Assembly: GCA_036650075.1 (NCBI GenBank) | Contig: JAVWAI010000002.1 | Location: 7,652-71,651 of the forward strand | Origin: Raoultibacter sp. | GTDB lineage: Bacteria > Actinomycetota > Coriobacteriia > Coriobacteriales > Eggerthellaceae | DNA length: 64,000 nt | Reading direction: 5' to 3' | Part shown: piece after piece, positions 46,488 through 55,512 of the stretch | Numbering within the stretch: position 1 is the first letter of the stretch | Layout of the letters: each line of letters opens with the position of its first letter | Made by a program: the position numbers and the translations under genes | Notes under the pieces: model-generated | Seen by the model: the letters and a program-made list of their open reading frames with translations, nothing else | What the model was told of the DNA's origin: nothing | Databases searched by the model: none

Positions 46488-47684
46488 GTGACAAGTGGCT
46501 ACGATACACAATCAGACATCGAAAGAGCGCGTAGCGCCGCCGTCGCCAATCTGCGGCAGCAGTTCGACTTTGACTTCGTTTCCGCCGCCGTCGTGCCGAC
46601 CGATGCGGGTGCTCAGTTCGTGCGATGGAAATATGTTGCAGGGGCCACAAGCGATCGTTATAGGCGTATCGTGCTTTCTTCGGGCAGCGGAATCGGCGGC
46701 ATCGTATTCAAAACCGGCAAACCGATGATTGTCTACGACATCGATGAGGAAATCGATGCGAGCGAATTCTCTTCCTATCCCATCGTTTTTGCCGAAGATC
46801 TTCGAGCCTTTTGCGCCGTACCCCTTATGAAAAAATACCGCGTGCACGGCGTGCTGCTCTGCGCCTTCCGCACGACCGACACTGCACAAAAACAACTTTT
46901 CACCGACTTACTCGCCTACCTGGAACAGGGGTTCTGCGAATTCGCCGTGGGTACCACCGAGCCGATTTACTTCGCCAACCGCCGTCCCGTTGATGCCGCC
47001 TTGACCGACCCGAAACCACGGGGCGTCGAAGGCGGCCCTCAGCGTATCGTCGACCTCATTATCGGAGCACAAGAAGAAGAACGGCGCCGTATTTCGCGAG
47101 AGCTCCACGATGGTGTCGCCCAAGAGCTGTTAAGCGTACTGGTTACCATTCGCTCGATTCCCTTACTCGACTCAAAAGCGTCAGTGGATTCAGCTATCGA
47201 AACCGCCGAACACGACCTTCAGGCCGTATTTACCGAGCTCCATAATATTTCAGTACAGCTGCGACCCCTTGCCCTGGACGACCTGGGCCTGCAAGCCGCA
47301 TTTTCCGTGCACTTCGCATGGCTCGAAAAGGCTTACGGCGTCCGCATCGACTTCAATCCTTCGCTTGAAACCAGTCGTTTCGAAGCGGCGATTGAAACAG
47401 CGGTGTACCGCATCTGTCAGGAAGCGGTGGTCAATGCATGCAAGTACGCCCACGTCGATTTCGTATCAGTCACGTTAACCGAGCACGACGACACGCTAAG
47501 CGTCTGCGTGAAAGATGCCGGTTTGGGCTTTGACGTGGAACACCCCACCATTCAGGGCAGCGGATGCGGATTGGCGGGTATGGCCGAACGCGCCCACTTA
47601 ATCGGCGCCGATTTCGAGGTTGACTCAAACGATGGCGGCACTACGGTAACGCTGAATGTTCCGTTGAAAGGAAGTATCGCATGA
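46488..47684 (+). CDS. Soluble sensor histidine kinase: N-terminal GAF-like domain + HisKA_3 + HATPase_c
   Basis: No TM segments are visible. The H-box EEERRRISRELHDGVAQEL is NarX/DegS/NreB-class HisKA_3. N/G boxes are present (NACKYA, DAGLGF, GCGLAGMAERA). The ~165-aa N-terminal domain has a GAF-like pattern (VRWKYVAGATSDRYRRIVLSSGSGIGGIVFKTGKP). GTG start at 46488. Confidence 0.85.
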   Translation: MTSGYDTQSDIERARSAAVANLRQQFDFDFVSAAVVPTDAGAQFVRWKYVAGATSDRYRRIVLSSGSGIGGIVFKTGKPMIVYDIDEEIDASEFSSYPIVFAEDLRAFCAVPLMKKYRVHGVLLCAFRTTDTAQKQLFTDLLAYLEQGFCEFAVGTTEPIYFANRRPVDAALTDPKPRGVEGGPQRIVDLIIGAQEEERRRISRELHDGVAQELLSVLVTIRSIPLLDSKASVDSAIETAEHDLQAVFTELHNISVQLRPLALDDLGLQAAFSVHFAWLEKAYGVRIDFNPSLETSRFEAAIETAVYRICQEAVVNACKYAHVDFVSVTLTEHDDTLSVCVKDAGLGFDVEHPTIQGSGCGLAGMAERAHLIGADFEVDSNDGGTTVTLNVPLKGSIA

Positions 47685-48328
47685 TAACGGTCGTTATCGC
47701 CGACGATCATGCCGTCGTCCGTTCCGGATTCGCCCTGCTCTTAGAGCAGGCGGACGGCATCGAAGTCGTCGGAACCGCCGCCGATGGCGTGGAGGCCTAC
47801 AACGCCATCCTCACCTATAAGCCTACAATCCTGTTGCTCGATATCAGTATGCCTCCGGGGCAAAGCGGACTCATTGCCTGCAAGAAAATCACGCACGACT
47901 TTCCTGAAACCCACGTGGTCATCCTCACGATGTTCGAAGATTCCGAATACCTGTTTTACACACTACGCGGTGGCGCCGCAGGTTACATACTCAAAAGCGC
48001 CTCGAGCGACGATGTCGTTTGCGCCATCCGAACCGTTGCCGCAGGAGGCACCTACATTTCGCCAAGCATGGCTGAAAATCTGCGACAACGCCACACCGAC
48101 CGCGAAAAACCTGACAACGCAAGCCCTTACGAGGTGCTTTCCAATCGCGAGCTCGAAGTGCTTACAGCCCTCGCCAAAGGCTACACGAACAAAGAAATCG
48201 CCGACATGCTGTTCATTTCAATCAAGACAGTAGAGACGCATCGCACCAACATCTACGCCAAACTTGGTATCGCCTCACGTTCCGAACTGGTCAGCATCGC
48301 CCTCAAACACAAACTTCTCAACCTTTAA
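47681..48328 (+). CDS. NarL/FixJ-family response regulator (REC + LuxR-type HTH)
   Basis: VVIADDH...LLDISMPP phospho-acceptor context and the C-terminal LSNRELEVLTALAKGYTNKEIADMLFISIKTVETHRTNIYAKLG. Its start overlaps the kinase stop (ATGA). Confidence 0.93.
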   Translation: MITVVIADDHAVVRSGFALLLEQADGIEVVGTAADGVEAYNAILTYKPTILLLDISMPPGQSGLIACKKITHDFPETHVVILTMFEDSEYLFYTLRGGAAGYILKSASSDDVVCAIRTVAAGGTYISPSMAENLRQRHTDREKPDNASPYEVLSNRELEVLTALAKGYTNKEIADMLFISIKTVETHRTNIYAKLGIASRSELVSIALKHKLLNL

Positions 48329-48431
48329 GCCACAACAACAACCGAAGTCAGGGTTTTCCCCGATAGGCAACCTTCCCCACACGACAGAGAATGAATTTCT
48401 ACAAGGAATAATTTTCCAGGGGAGGAAGACC

Positions 48432-49133
48432 ATGAAGCTTGCCACCATCGGAAGTCTGATCGCAGGTGCTCTGTGTAGTTACGAAGTGCTCGTTGCTGCG
48501 CAACCTGCTGCCGATTCTCTTCTTCGTCCTCCCGGAGCCGCAAACGAAGAAGATTTTCTCTCCCGCTGCGTTCGATGCGGGAAGTGCATCGAAGTCTGCC
48601 CTCCCCAGATTCTCAAGGCCGCTGACTCTCGGGCCGGAAGCGCCACGGGAACCCCCACATTCCTTCCCCGCGAAAAAGCTTGTATTCTCTGCGAGGATTT
48701 TCCCTGCATAACGGCTTGCCCCACCCAAGCACTTACCGAAGTCGAAAATCGCGAAGACGTGAAAATCGGCGTTGCCGTCATCGACCGCGATCTCTGTATC
48801 GCGCTACAAGGCATGCGGTGCGAAGTTTGCTACCGAGCCTGTCCCCTGATTGATGAGGCTATCACCCTTTCGTATAGCACACGGGAAGGAGATGCGATCC
48901 ATTCCATATTCGAACCCGTTATACATGCAGATGCCTGCGTTGGATGCGGCCTCTGCGAAGAGCGCTGCGTCGTTAGCGAACCGCACGTTGCCATTCAAGT
49001 GCAGCGCGCAAGCTCCCAAAAAACACGAGGGTATTACCCCGTCGGAGAGGACCCCGCATTCAAGAACAACCCTGCAGGGTCCGACGCGGATTCAACGAAA
49101 CACCCACAAGACCCTTCGGTTCTATTCAGTTAA
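48432..49133 (+). CDS. napG: NapG-type four-cluster ferredoxin
   Basis: LRPPGA..E..F...CVRCGKCIEVCP, CILCEDFPCITACP, MRCEVCYRACPLIDEAITL and CVGCGLCEERC are collinear with my recollection of E. coli NapG. ATG at 48432 lies 5 nt after GGAGGA. The upstream 56 codons of the track ORF overlap the regulator gene and are rejected. Confidence 0.85.
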   Translation: MKLATIGSLIAGALCSYEVLVAAQPAADSLLRPPGAANEEDFLSRCVRCGKCIEVCPPQILKAADSRAGSATGTPTFLPREKACILCEDFPCITACPTQALTEVENREDVKIGVAVIDRDLCIALQGMRCEVCYRACPLIDEAITLSYSTREGDAIHSIFEPVIHADACVGCGLCEERCVVSEPHVAIQVQRASSQKTRGYYPVGEDPAFKNNPAGSDADSTKHPQDPSVLFS

Positions 49134-49183
49134 ACGTCCGATAGGCAGGAAAGACCAAGACGAGGAAAAGGAAGAGTAAAACC

Positions 49184-51733
49184 ATGGACTATTCAAGACG
49201 AGCATTTGTAAAGTACACAGCGATTGCTGCAGCGAGTGCCCTGGCGGGATTTGAGGTAGTGGGCTGTACGACCCCTCCGACACAGGGAATCGATGGCAGC
49301 ACGACCACCACGTATAAAGCGGTCTGCCGCTTCTGCGGCACCGGCTGCGGCATCCTTTGCGACGTCAAAGACGGCAAGTTGATTTCGGTCACAGGTGATC
49401 CCGACAATGCCTCAAGCAAAGGCTTGAACTGCATTAAGGGATACTACCTTGGAAAAGTACTCTACGGAGAAGACCGTCTGACCACCCCGCTCATCCGCGA
49501 CGACAAAGCCACCAAGGGTAGCAAAGACGGACTGCGCGAAGCCACATGGGACGAAGCACTCGACCTGGTGGCTAACAAGCTTAAAACCACCTGGGAAGCT
49601 GACAAGAATCGTATCGCTTTCTGGGGCTCTGGCCAAATGCCCATTACCGAGGGCTATCTCACCACAAAATTCTGGAAGGCAGGTTTGCTCTCCAATAACA
49701 TCGACCCCAATGCCCGTCTGTGCATGGCAAGTGCCGTCGTCGCCTTCATGAACACTTTTCAGACAGACGAACCGGCAGGTTGCTACGCCGATCTCGAGCA
49801 CGCCGACGTCTTCGTTACCTGGGGTGCCAACATGGCCGAAGCCCATCCCGTACTGTATTCCCGCCTGACCGCCCACAAGATTTCCGACCCGAAGGTCATC
49901 CACTACGACCTGGGAACTATGACCACCCGCACTTCGGCAACAGCCGATCACGTACTCATATTCCATCCAGGATCAGACATCGCCATCGCGAACGCAATCT
50001 GCAATTATCTGATTGTGAACGACCTGTACAACAAAGCCTTCGTCAACGACCACCTTCAGTTCAAGGCCGGCACCGAAAACCTCGGCAACTCAACGGAAGA
50101 CGGCTACGACGCAAGCGATGTCGGTAAAACGGTCGACAAAGTATGGAATATCGAGTTCACAGAATTTGCAGAGAAGCTCAAGCCCTACACCATGGAATAC
50201 GCTTCCCAGCTTTCAGGAGTGCCCGCCAACGACATCATCGCCCTCGCCAAAGAATTTGCCGACCCGAACAAGAAAATCATGTCGCTGTGGACCATGGGCG
50301 TAAACCAACACAACCGCGGCACTTGGATGAACCACTGCATCTACAACATTCACCTACTTACGGGTAAGATCGCCCAGCCAGGCAACGGTCCCTTCAGTCT
50401 GACAGGTCAACCTTCCGCCTGCGGCACCGCTCGTGAGGTGGGCACGTTTTCGCACCGTCTTCCTGCCGACCTCGTCGTCAATAACCCGCAGCATCGCCGC
50501 TATACCGAAGCTGTCTGGAAACTACCCCAGGGCTATCTTGATGCCATCCAAAAGCCAGGCTTCCACACGGTGAAGATGTTCCGCGAACTGTCCAAGGGAA
50601 ATATCGACTTTTTGTGGTCCGCTCACAACAACTGGGCGGTTTCCATGCCCAACCTCACCCGGTTTCTTGGCAAAGACCCGAAATACCCCGGTGTTTTTGA
50701 TTCCTTCAACGTGGTCAACGAGGTCTACCCGACTCTTTCCACTCGGTATGCCGACGTGGTTTTTCCCGTTGCCATGTGGGTCGAGCGCGAAGGTCAGTTC
50801 GGTAACGGCGAACGGCGCAGTGCTATTTTTGAAAAAGCGGTTGACGCCCCTGGCGAAGCGAAGTGGGATGTTTGGGTGCTGCTGCAAGTTGCAAAGCGCG
50901 TGCTCGACGGCAAGAAGATTGGCGAAGAAGACGCTTTCAAGCATCTGTTCGGCTTTGTATGGGACAGTGAAAAAGATGATTTCAACGGCAACGATCGCGA
51001 GGTCAACCGCGAGATATGGGAAGAGTATCGCATTTTCTCCAACCCCGACATGATGCCCGAAGCCGCCGCCATCAACAAGAATGCTACCGGCGAATTCGAT
51101 GGCCCTTTGAAGATGGAAGCCAAGCAGCTAGCCCCTTATGATGAGTACCTTACGTCATCGGGCCTCACATGGCCCGTGCGTGAAGTTGATGGCAAATGGC
51201 TTCCGACGAAATGGCGTTTTGCAGACGGAGCCCAAAAAGACGGATTCGACGAAATTGGCGTGGCAACCTACGGTGATCACGGATTGGCTGGCGGCGTTTC
51301 CTTCTACAAGAGCGCCAAGAAACGGCCGAGCGTGATATTCCGTCCCTACGAACCGCCCGCGCAGATGCCCAGTAACGAATATCCCTTCTGGTTCACCACA
51401 GGTCGCTTGCTGGAGCATTGGCATACCGGGTCGATGACGCGACGCATTCCTGAATTAAACCGTGCGCTGCCGGAAGCGTTGCTCAGTATGAACAAAGACG
51501 ACTGTTCACGCCTCGGTATCAAAGACGGCGACATGGTGAAACTCACCTCTCCTTACGGCGAAGTGAAGATTAAGGCATCGACCGCCGACCGCATGAGCTG
51601 TCCTCCCGGAGTCACTTTCGCACCTTTTTTCGCCGATGAAGCGCTGGTTAATCTCGTTGTGCAGGATTGCTATTGTCCCCTTTCAAAAGAACCTGATTAC
51701 AAAAAGACCTGCGTCCGTATCGAGAAAATCTAG
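49184..51733 (+). CDS. napA: Periplasmic-type nitrate reductase catalytic subunit NapA (Mo-bisPGD, 4Fe-4S)
   Basis: Twin-arginine signal (YSRRAFVKYTAIAAASALA) and a CRFCGTGCGILC cluster motif. The protein is 849 aa. The flanking genes are napG, napB-like, napD and napH. Confidence 0.88.
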   Translation: MDYSRRAFVKYTAIAAASALAGFEVVGCTTPPTQGIDGSTTTTYKAVCRFCGTGCGILCDVKDGKLISVTGDPDNASSKGLNCIKGYYLGKVLYGEDRLTTPLIRDDKATKGSKDGLREATWDEALDLVANKLKTTWEADKNRIAFWGSGQMPITEGYLTTKFWKAGLLSNNIDPNARLCMASAVVAFMNTFQTDEPAGCYADLEHADVFVTWGANMAEAHPVLYSRLTAHKISDPKVIHYDLGTMTTRTSATADHVLIFHPGSDIAIANAICNYLIVNDLYNKAFVNDHLQFKAGTENLGNSTEDGYDASDVGKTVDKVWNIEFTEFAEKLKPYTMEYASQLSGVPANDIIALAKEFADPNKKIMSLWTMGVNQHNRGTWMNHCIYNIHLLTGKIAQPGNGPFSLTGQPSACGTAREVGTFSHRLPADLVVNNPQHRRYTEAVWKLPQGYLDAIQKPGFHTVKMFRELSKGNIDFLWSAHNNWAVSMPNLTRFLGKDPKYPGVFDSFNVVNEVYPTLSTRYADVVFPVAMWVEREGQFGNGERRSAIFEKAVDAPGEAKWDVWVLLQVAKRVLDGKKIGEEDAFKHLFGFVWDSEKDDFNGNDREVNREIWEEYRIFSNPDMMPEAAAINKNATGEFDGPLKMEAKQLAPYDEYLTSSGLTWPVREVDGKWLPTKWRFADGAQKDGFDEIGVATYGDHGLAGGVSFYKSAKKRPSVIFRPYEPPAQMPSNEYPFWFTTGRLLEHWHTGSMTRRIPELNRALPEALLSMNKDDCSRLGIKDGDMVKLTSPYGEVKIKASTADRMSCPPGVTFAPFFADEALVNLVVQDCYCPLSKEPDYKKTCVRIEKI

Positions 51734-51758
51734 CAGCTTCGACCAGAAAGGATCTGTC

Positions 51759-52133
51759 ATGCTTTCAACTGAAACCGCCCGCAAACACGCTATCGGCACC
51801 CGCGCGGGCACCCTTTTGATCATGCTGGCGCTCATCGCTGCGGTAACCGCGCTCTGCTTCGGTATCTTGAGCGGTTGCTCGAGTGCGGCGGCAAGCAAAA
51901 GCACCACCAACCCTACCGCGCCGCCGCTCATGCCCGCAAGCCACCTCAATCGTTTCGAAGATGGCAGCGCAACACGCTGCTCTATCTGCCACGCGCTCAA
52001 CAAAAAGGGGGAACCCTCCCTCAAAGATGCCCCCTTAACCCCCGACTCCCACTACATCGACAACAACCCGACGCAGGGACTTTCACCCGATCGGCTGCAA
52101 TGTAATACCTGCCACTCAGTCACCCCTCGATAA
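51759..52133 (+). CDS. napB: NapB-like dihaem cytochrome c, predicted lipoprotein
   Basis: 124 aa with a signal peptide ending in lipobox ILSGC and two CxxCH motifs (CSICH, CNTCH). ATG at 51759 follows GAAAGGA. The upstream part of the track ORF overlaps napA and is rejected. Confidence 0.75.
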   Translation: MLSTETARKHAIGTRAGTLLIMLALIAAVTALCFGILSGCSSAAASKSTTNPTAPPLMPASHLNRFEDGSATRCSICHALNKKGEPSLKDAPLTPDSHYIDNNPTQGLSPDRLQCNTCHSVTPR

Positions 52134-52144
52134 GGAGCACCACC

Positions 52145-52399
52145 ATGGTTATCTCAAGTCTTATTGTCGGCACCCTGCCCCAGCAATCGAAAAGCGTTGC
52201 CGGCGAACTGGCGAAACAAAAAGGTGTTGAAGTGCACGGAATCAATGAACAGCAGATCATCGTAACGATTGAAAGCGACACAGTTGATGAGAGCCATCAC
52301 ACCTCGGCGCAGTTTCTCGACATTCCCGGCGTGATGAACGTCGCTCTCGCCTATGTCAATTTTGAAGACGATCCCAGCATCAAATTCGACCGCGCATAA
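52145..52399 (+). CDS. napD: NapD chaperone
   Basis: 84 aa. The sequence starts ISSLIV...L....GVEVH....QIIVTIE, the ferredoxin-like NapD pattern, and sits within a nap operon. AAGGAG RBS. Confidence 0.8.
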   Translation: MVISSLIVGTLPQQSKSVAGELAKQKGVEVHGINEQQIIVTIESDTVDESHHTSAQFLDIPGVMNVALAYVNFEDDPSIKFDRA

Positions 52400-52426
52400 T
52401 CTCACCACCTTCCAGGGAGGCATCGC

Positions 52427-53263
52427 ATGAAGAACGCACATAAACGACCTGCGAAATGGAGCATCGTACGACACGTGGTGCAGTGTCTTTTCATCGCTCT
52501 GTTTTTTCTTCCCTTGGTTGTATCTGCGCATGATGGCGCGGTTCTCTTCTTCGGATCGCGCAGCTCGACCACCGTGTTTGGCCTTTCCCTCCTCGACCCC
52601 TTCGCGGCCTTGCAAACCATCGTCGCTGCCAAGAGTTTTCCTCTTTCCCTCTTGGCGGGGGCCGCCCCTTTACTGATCTTTTACGCACTCGTTCGGGGTC
52701 GCGCCTTCTGCGGGTGGTTTTGCCCCGTCGGTTTCCTCGTTGAGATAACGTCATGGATACGCACCCGCCTCGGTATCAAGGATGCTGACTGGCATCTGAA
52801 TCGACATGCAAAAATTATTGTCGCGGGAATCATCCTTCTTTTGTCAGCCCTGGTAAGCGTGCCAGTATTTGAAATCTTCACCCCCGTCAGCGCTCTTAAC
52901 AAACTGATTCTGTTCGGCGCGGCCGGGGGATTATGGACGCTGGTGGCCGTGATTGTTTTGGAGCTCTTTGCGGGAGGTCGAATCTGGTGTCGCAGTCTGT
53001 GTCCCCTTGGAGGTTTCTACGAAACGATTGGACGCACGGGTTTTATCAGCGTCAAAATCGATCAGAATGCTTGTACGCACTGCGATAATTGTAAAGATGT
53101 TTGCTTGGCCGATCCCGCAATTCTCAATGCGTCGATCGACGGCACCGCCAGCCATGTGATAGCCGGCGACTGCATGCTCTGTGGTAAATGCATAGACACC
53201 TGCCCCACCGAGGCCCTCGCCTTCAAGGTAATCGTTCCCCGCGCACTGGGCGGACATAAGTAA
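52427..53263 (+). CDS. napH: NapH membrane quinol dehydrogenase subunit (4 TM + two 4Fe-4S motifs)
   Basis: Two CxxxCP motifs sit in membrane loops (FCGWFCPVG, WCRSLCPLG). The C-terminus carries CTHCDNCKDVC and CMLCGKCIDTCP. Confidence 0.88.
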   Translation: MKNAHKRPAKWSIVRHVVQCLFIALFFLPLVVSAHDGAVLFFGSRSSTTVFGLSLLDPFAALQTIVAAKSFPLSLLAGAAPLLIFYALVRGRAFCGWFCPVGFLVEITSWIRTRLGIKDADWHLNRHAKIIVAGIILLLSALVSVPVFEIFTPVSALNKLILFGAAGGLWTLVAVIVLELFAGGRIWCRSLCPLGGFYETIGRTGFISVKIDQNACTHCDNCKDVCLADPAILNASIDGTASHVIAGDCMLCGKCIDTCPTEALAFKVIVPRALGGHK

Positions 53264-53294
53264 CGCCTTTGTCACAACTTATTCAATCAAGTAC

Positions 53295-53329
53295 AAAAAG
53301 GGTCCGAAGCTTTTGCTCCGGACCCTTTT
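53295..53329. terminator. Bidirectional terminator between napH and porB
   Basis: AAAAAGGGTCCG..GCTTTTGC..CGGACCCTTTT, a 7-bp GC-rich core stem flanked by A/T runs. Confidence 0.7.
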
Positions 53330-53367
53330 GTTTCGTCATCGATTGACGACAACTTTTACTTCTCAAC

Positions 53368-54315
53368 TTACAGGTTCTTCGAACCTTCGACGCGACCTTC
53401 CAGGTATGCCCAGTTGGCAGCAACATCATCTTTCATTTCCTGCAGTAAGCCCTCATTGCCGGGCTTGAACAGATGCTTGAAACGACCCTGCGGCTTGAGG
53501 AAGTCTTCCAGCGGACGCTCGTCCTTTTCACGGACGGGGGTAAGCTTCCAAACACCATTCTCGATTTCAAAAATCGGCCAGAACTTCGTCGCAACGGCAA
53601 GACGGCAGATTTCGGTCGTCATGTCAGAAGCCATACGCCAACCACGCGGGCACGGAGCCAGCACGTTGATAAACGCAGGACCATCGACAGCAAAGGCTTT
53701 TTCGGCTTTGCTCACCAAGTCGCGCCAGTTGCCAACCGTAGCCTGAGCAACGTAGGGAATGCCATGCGCTGCGAGGATGGAGGTCAAATCTTTGCGGACC
53801 TGAGGTTTGCCCTGTTGAGCAACGCCAACCTCGGCAGTGGTAGCCCAAGCGCCCTTCGGGGTTGCACCCGAGCGCTGAATACCGGTGTTCATATATGCAC
53901 CGTTGTCGTAGCAGACATATACCATGTCATGACCGCGCTCCATCGCACCGGAAAGCGACTGCAAGCCGATATCATAGGTGCCGCCGTCGCCACCGAAGGC
54001 GATGAATTTAATCTTTTTTTCGGCCGGAATCTTACCTGCAGCCTTCATTCCCTTGAAAGCAGCTTCGACACCGGACATGGTGGCGGCACTGTTTTCAAAA
54101 GCGTTATGGACGAAGGGAATATTCCACGAATCGTAGGGATAAATGGTCGTCGAAACTTCCAGACAACCGGTGGCGCACCCAGCGACGACGTTAACGTCTT
54201 CGCCTGCACCCATGAGTACTTGACGCACCGCGATCGAAGCGCCGCAGCCACCGCAGAGACGATGACCCGGAGCTAAAGCGTCGGGGCGGTTGGATAATTC
54301 TTTAATGTTTGCCAT
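53368..54315 (-). CDS. porB: 2-oxoacid:ferredoxin oxidoreductase beta subunit (TPP-binding)
   Basis: HRLCGGCG near the N-terminus and the GDGG TPP motif (FGGDGGTYDIG). Gene order is gamma-delta-alpha-beta. Pyruvate versus another 2-oxoacid is not resolvable by eye. Confidence 0.88.
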   Translation of the reverse strand: MANIKELSNRPDALAPGHRLCGGCGASIAVRQVLMGAGEDVNVVAGCATGCLEVSTTIYPYDSWNIPFVHNAFENSAATMSGVEAAFKGMKAAGKIPAEKKIKFIAFGGDGGTYDIGLQSLSGAMERGHDMVYVCYDNGAYMNTGIQRSGATPKGAWATTAEVGVAQQGKPQVRKDLTSILAAHGIPYVAQATVGNWRDLVSKAEKAFAVDGPAFINVLAPCPRGWRMASDMTTEICRLAVATKFWPIFEIENGVWKLTPVREKDERPLEDFLKPQGRFKHLFKPGNEGLLQEMKDDVAANWAYLEGRVEGSKNL

Positions 54316-54323
54316 CGTTGCCC

Positions 54324-55511
54324 CTAACCTTGAATCCCGAGATAGGTCAGTTCACTCTTACGTGTGCCTGCCGCACATTCTTCGAGTTCGCTGAATACTT
54401 GTTTCATCTGATCAAGCGTCACATCGGCGCCGCCCAGACCGGTTACGTAATTGCTGACCGGCACGGTCATGCCGGCATTATAGAATGCACCGATTACTTC
54501 GCTACCGAGCGGAGCATGATCTGCGCCATAGGAATCAGCGCGGTCGAATACTGCAACGGCCTTGGCGTTCTTGCACGCCTCGGCGATTTGCTTGCCAGGG
54601 AAGGGACGGAAGACGCGAGGACGAACCACGCCAACCTTTTTACCTTCAGCGCGCATCTGACGAGCAGCGAAACGGGCGTTGCCAGCCAGCGAACCGAGTA
54701 CGACGATGATAAAGTCAGCGTCTTCGGTACCCCAAGAGTCAACCATATCAAACGGACGACCGCAGATTTCTGCCCACTCTTTGCCGTGCTCTTCAATAAC
54801 AGCAGCAGCGCCATCGATAGCGTTGCGCTCGACTTTTTTAACCTTCATGTAGGTGTCGCCCAAGTTGGCGAACATGCCCTTGCCGACGGGATGATCGGTG
54901 TCGAGCAGCGGCATCGTGGGTACATAGGTTCCCACATACTTCTGCACGGTTTCGTCTTCTTCTTTTTCGCAACGTTCCATAGCGTGCGTGGTGACAAAGC
55001 CGTCAAGCGTGGTCATGACCGGCAGCAAAACGCGAGAGTCTTCGGCAACCTTGAAAGCGATGATGGTGTTGTCGTAAGCTTCCTGGGCAGTTTCTGCGAA
55101 CATGATAATCCAACCAGTGTCGCGAGCGCCCATGATGTCGGAATGATCGCCGTGAATGTTGATCGGGGCAGACAGTGCGCGGTTTGCGTTGGCCATGACG
55201 ATCGGGCAGCGCATACCGGAAGCAATGTGGAGTTCTTCCCACATGAGAGCCAAACCCTGAGAGCTGGTAGCCGTAGCCACACGCGCGCCAGCAGCGGAAG
55301 CGCCGATGCAAGCGGAAAGGGCTGAGTGCTCGGATTCAACGGTCACGTATTCGGTGTGAACCCTGCCATCGGCCACGAACTTCGCGTAGTTTTCCACAAT
55401 CGTGGTCTGCGGGGTGATGGGGTATGCCGCCATAACATCGGGATCAACCTGGCGTATGGCGTCGGCAACCATCTGGTTGCCCGTAGCGGAAAAGGCCTTA
55501 TTCTCACTCAT
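54324..55511 (-). CDS. porA: 2-oxoacid:ferredoxin oxidoreductase alpha subunit
   Basis: 395 aa with a GNQMVADAI...AYPITPQT N-terminus typical of POR/VOR alpha subunits. Confidence 0.88.
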   Translation of the reverse strand: MSENKAFSATGNQMVADAIRQVDPDVMAAYPITPQTTIVENYAKFVADGRVHTEYVTVESEHSALSACIGASAAGARVATATSSQGLALMWEELHIASGMRCPIVMANANRALSAPINIHGDHSDIMGARDTGWIIMFAETAQEAYDNTIIAFKVAEDSRVLLPVMTTLDGFVTTHAMERCEKEEDETVQKYVGTYVPTMPLLDTDHPVGKGMFANLGDTYMKVKKVERNAIDGAAAVIEEHGKEWAEICGRPFDMVDSWGTEDADFIIVVLGSLAGNARFAARQMRAEGKKVGVVRPRVFRPFPGKQIAEACKNAKAVAVFDRADSYGADHAPLGSEVIGAFYNAGMTVPVSNYVTGLGGADVTLDQMKQVFSELEECAAGTRKSELTYLGIQG

Positions 55512-55512
55512 G

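Noticed and set aside
48329-48431. NarL heptamers (TACYYMT), an NreC-type TAGGG-N4-CCCTA palindrome, or an FNR/CRP box in the napG upstream region.
   Set aside because: Only weak partial matches are present: ATAGGCAACCTT with 3-bp arms, two TTCCCC direct repeats 20 bp apart, and GGAATAATTTTCC next to the RBS. None is good enough to call without a position weight matrix or comparative data.
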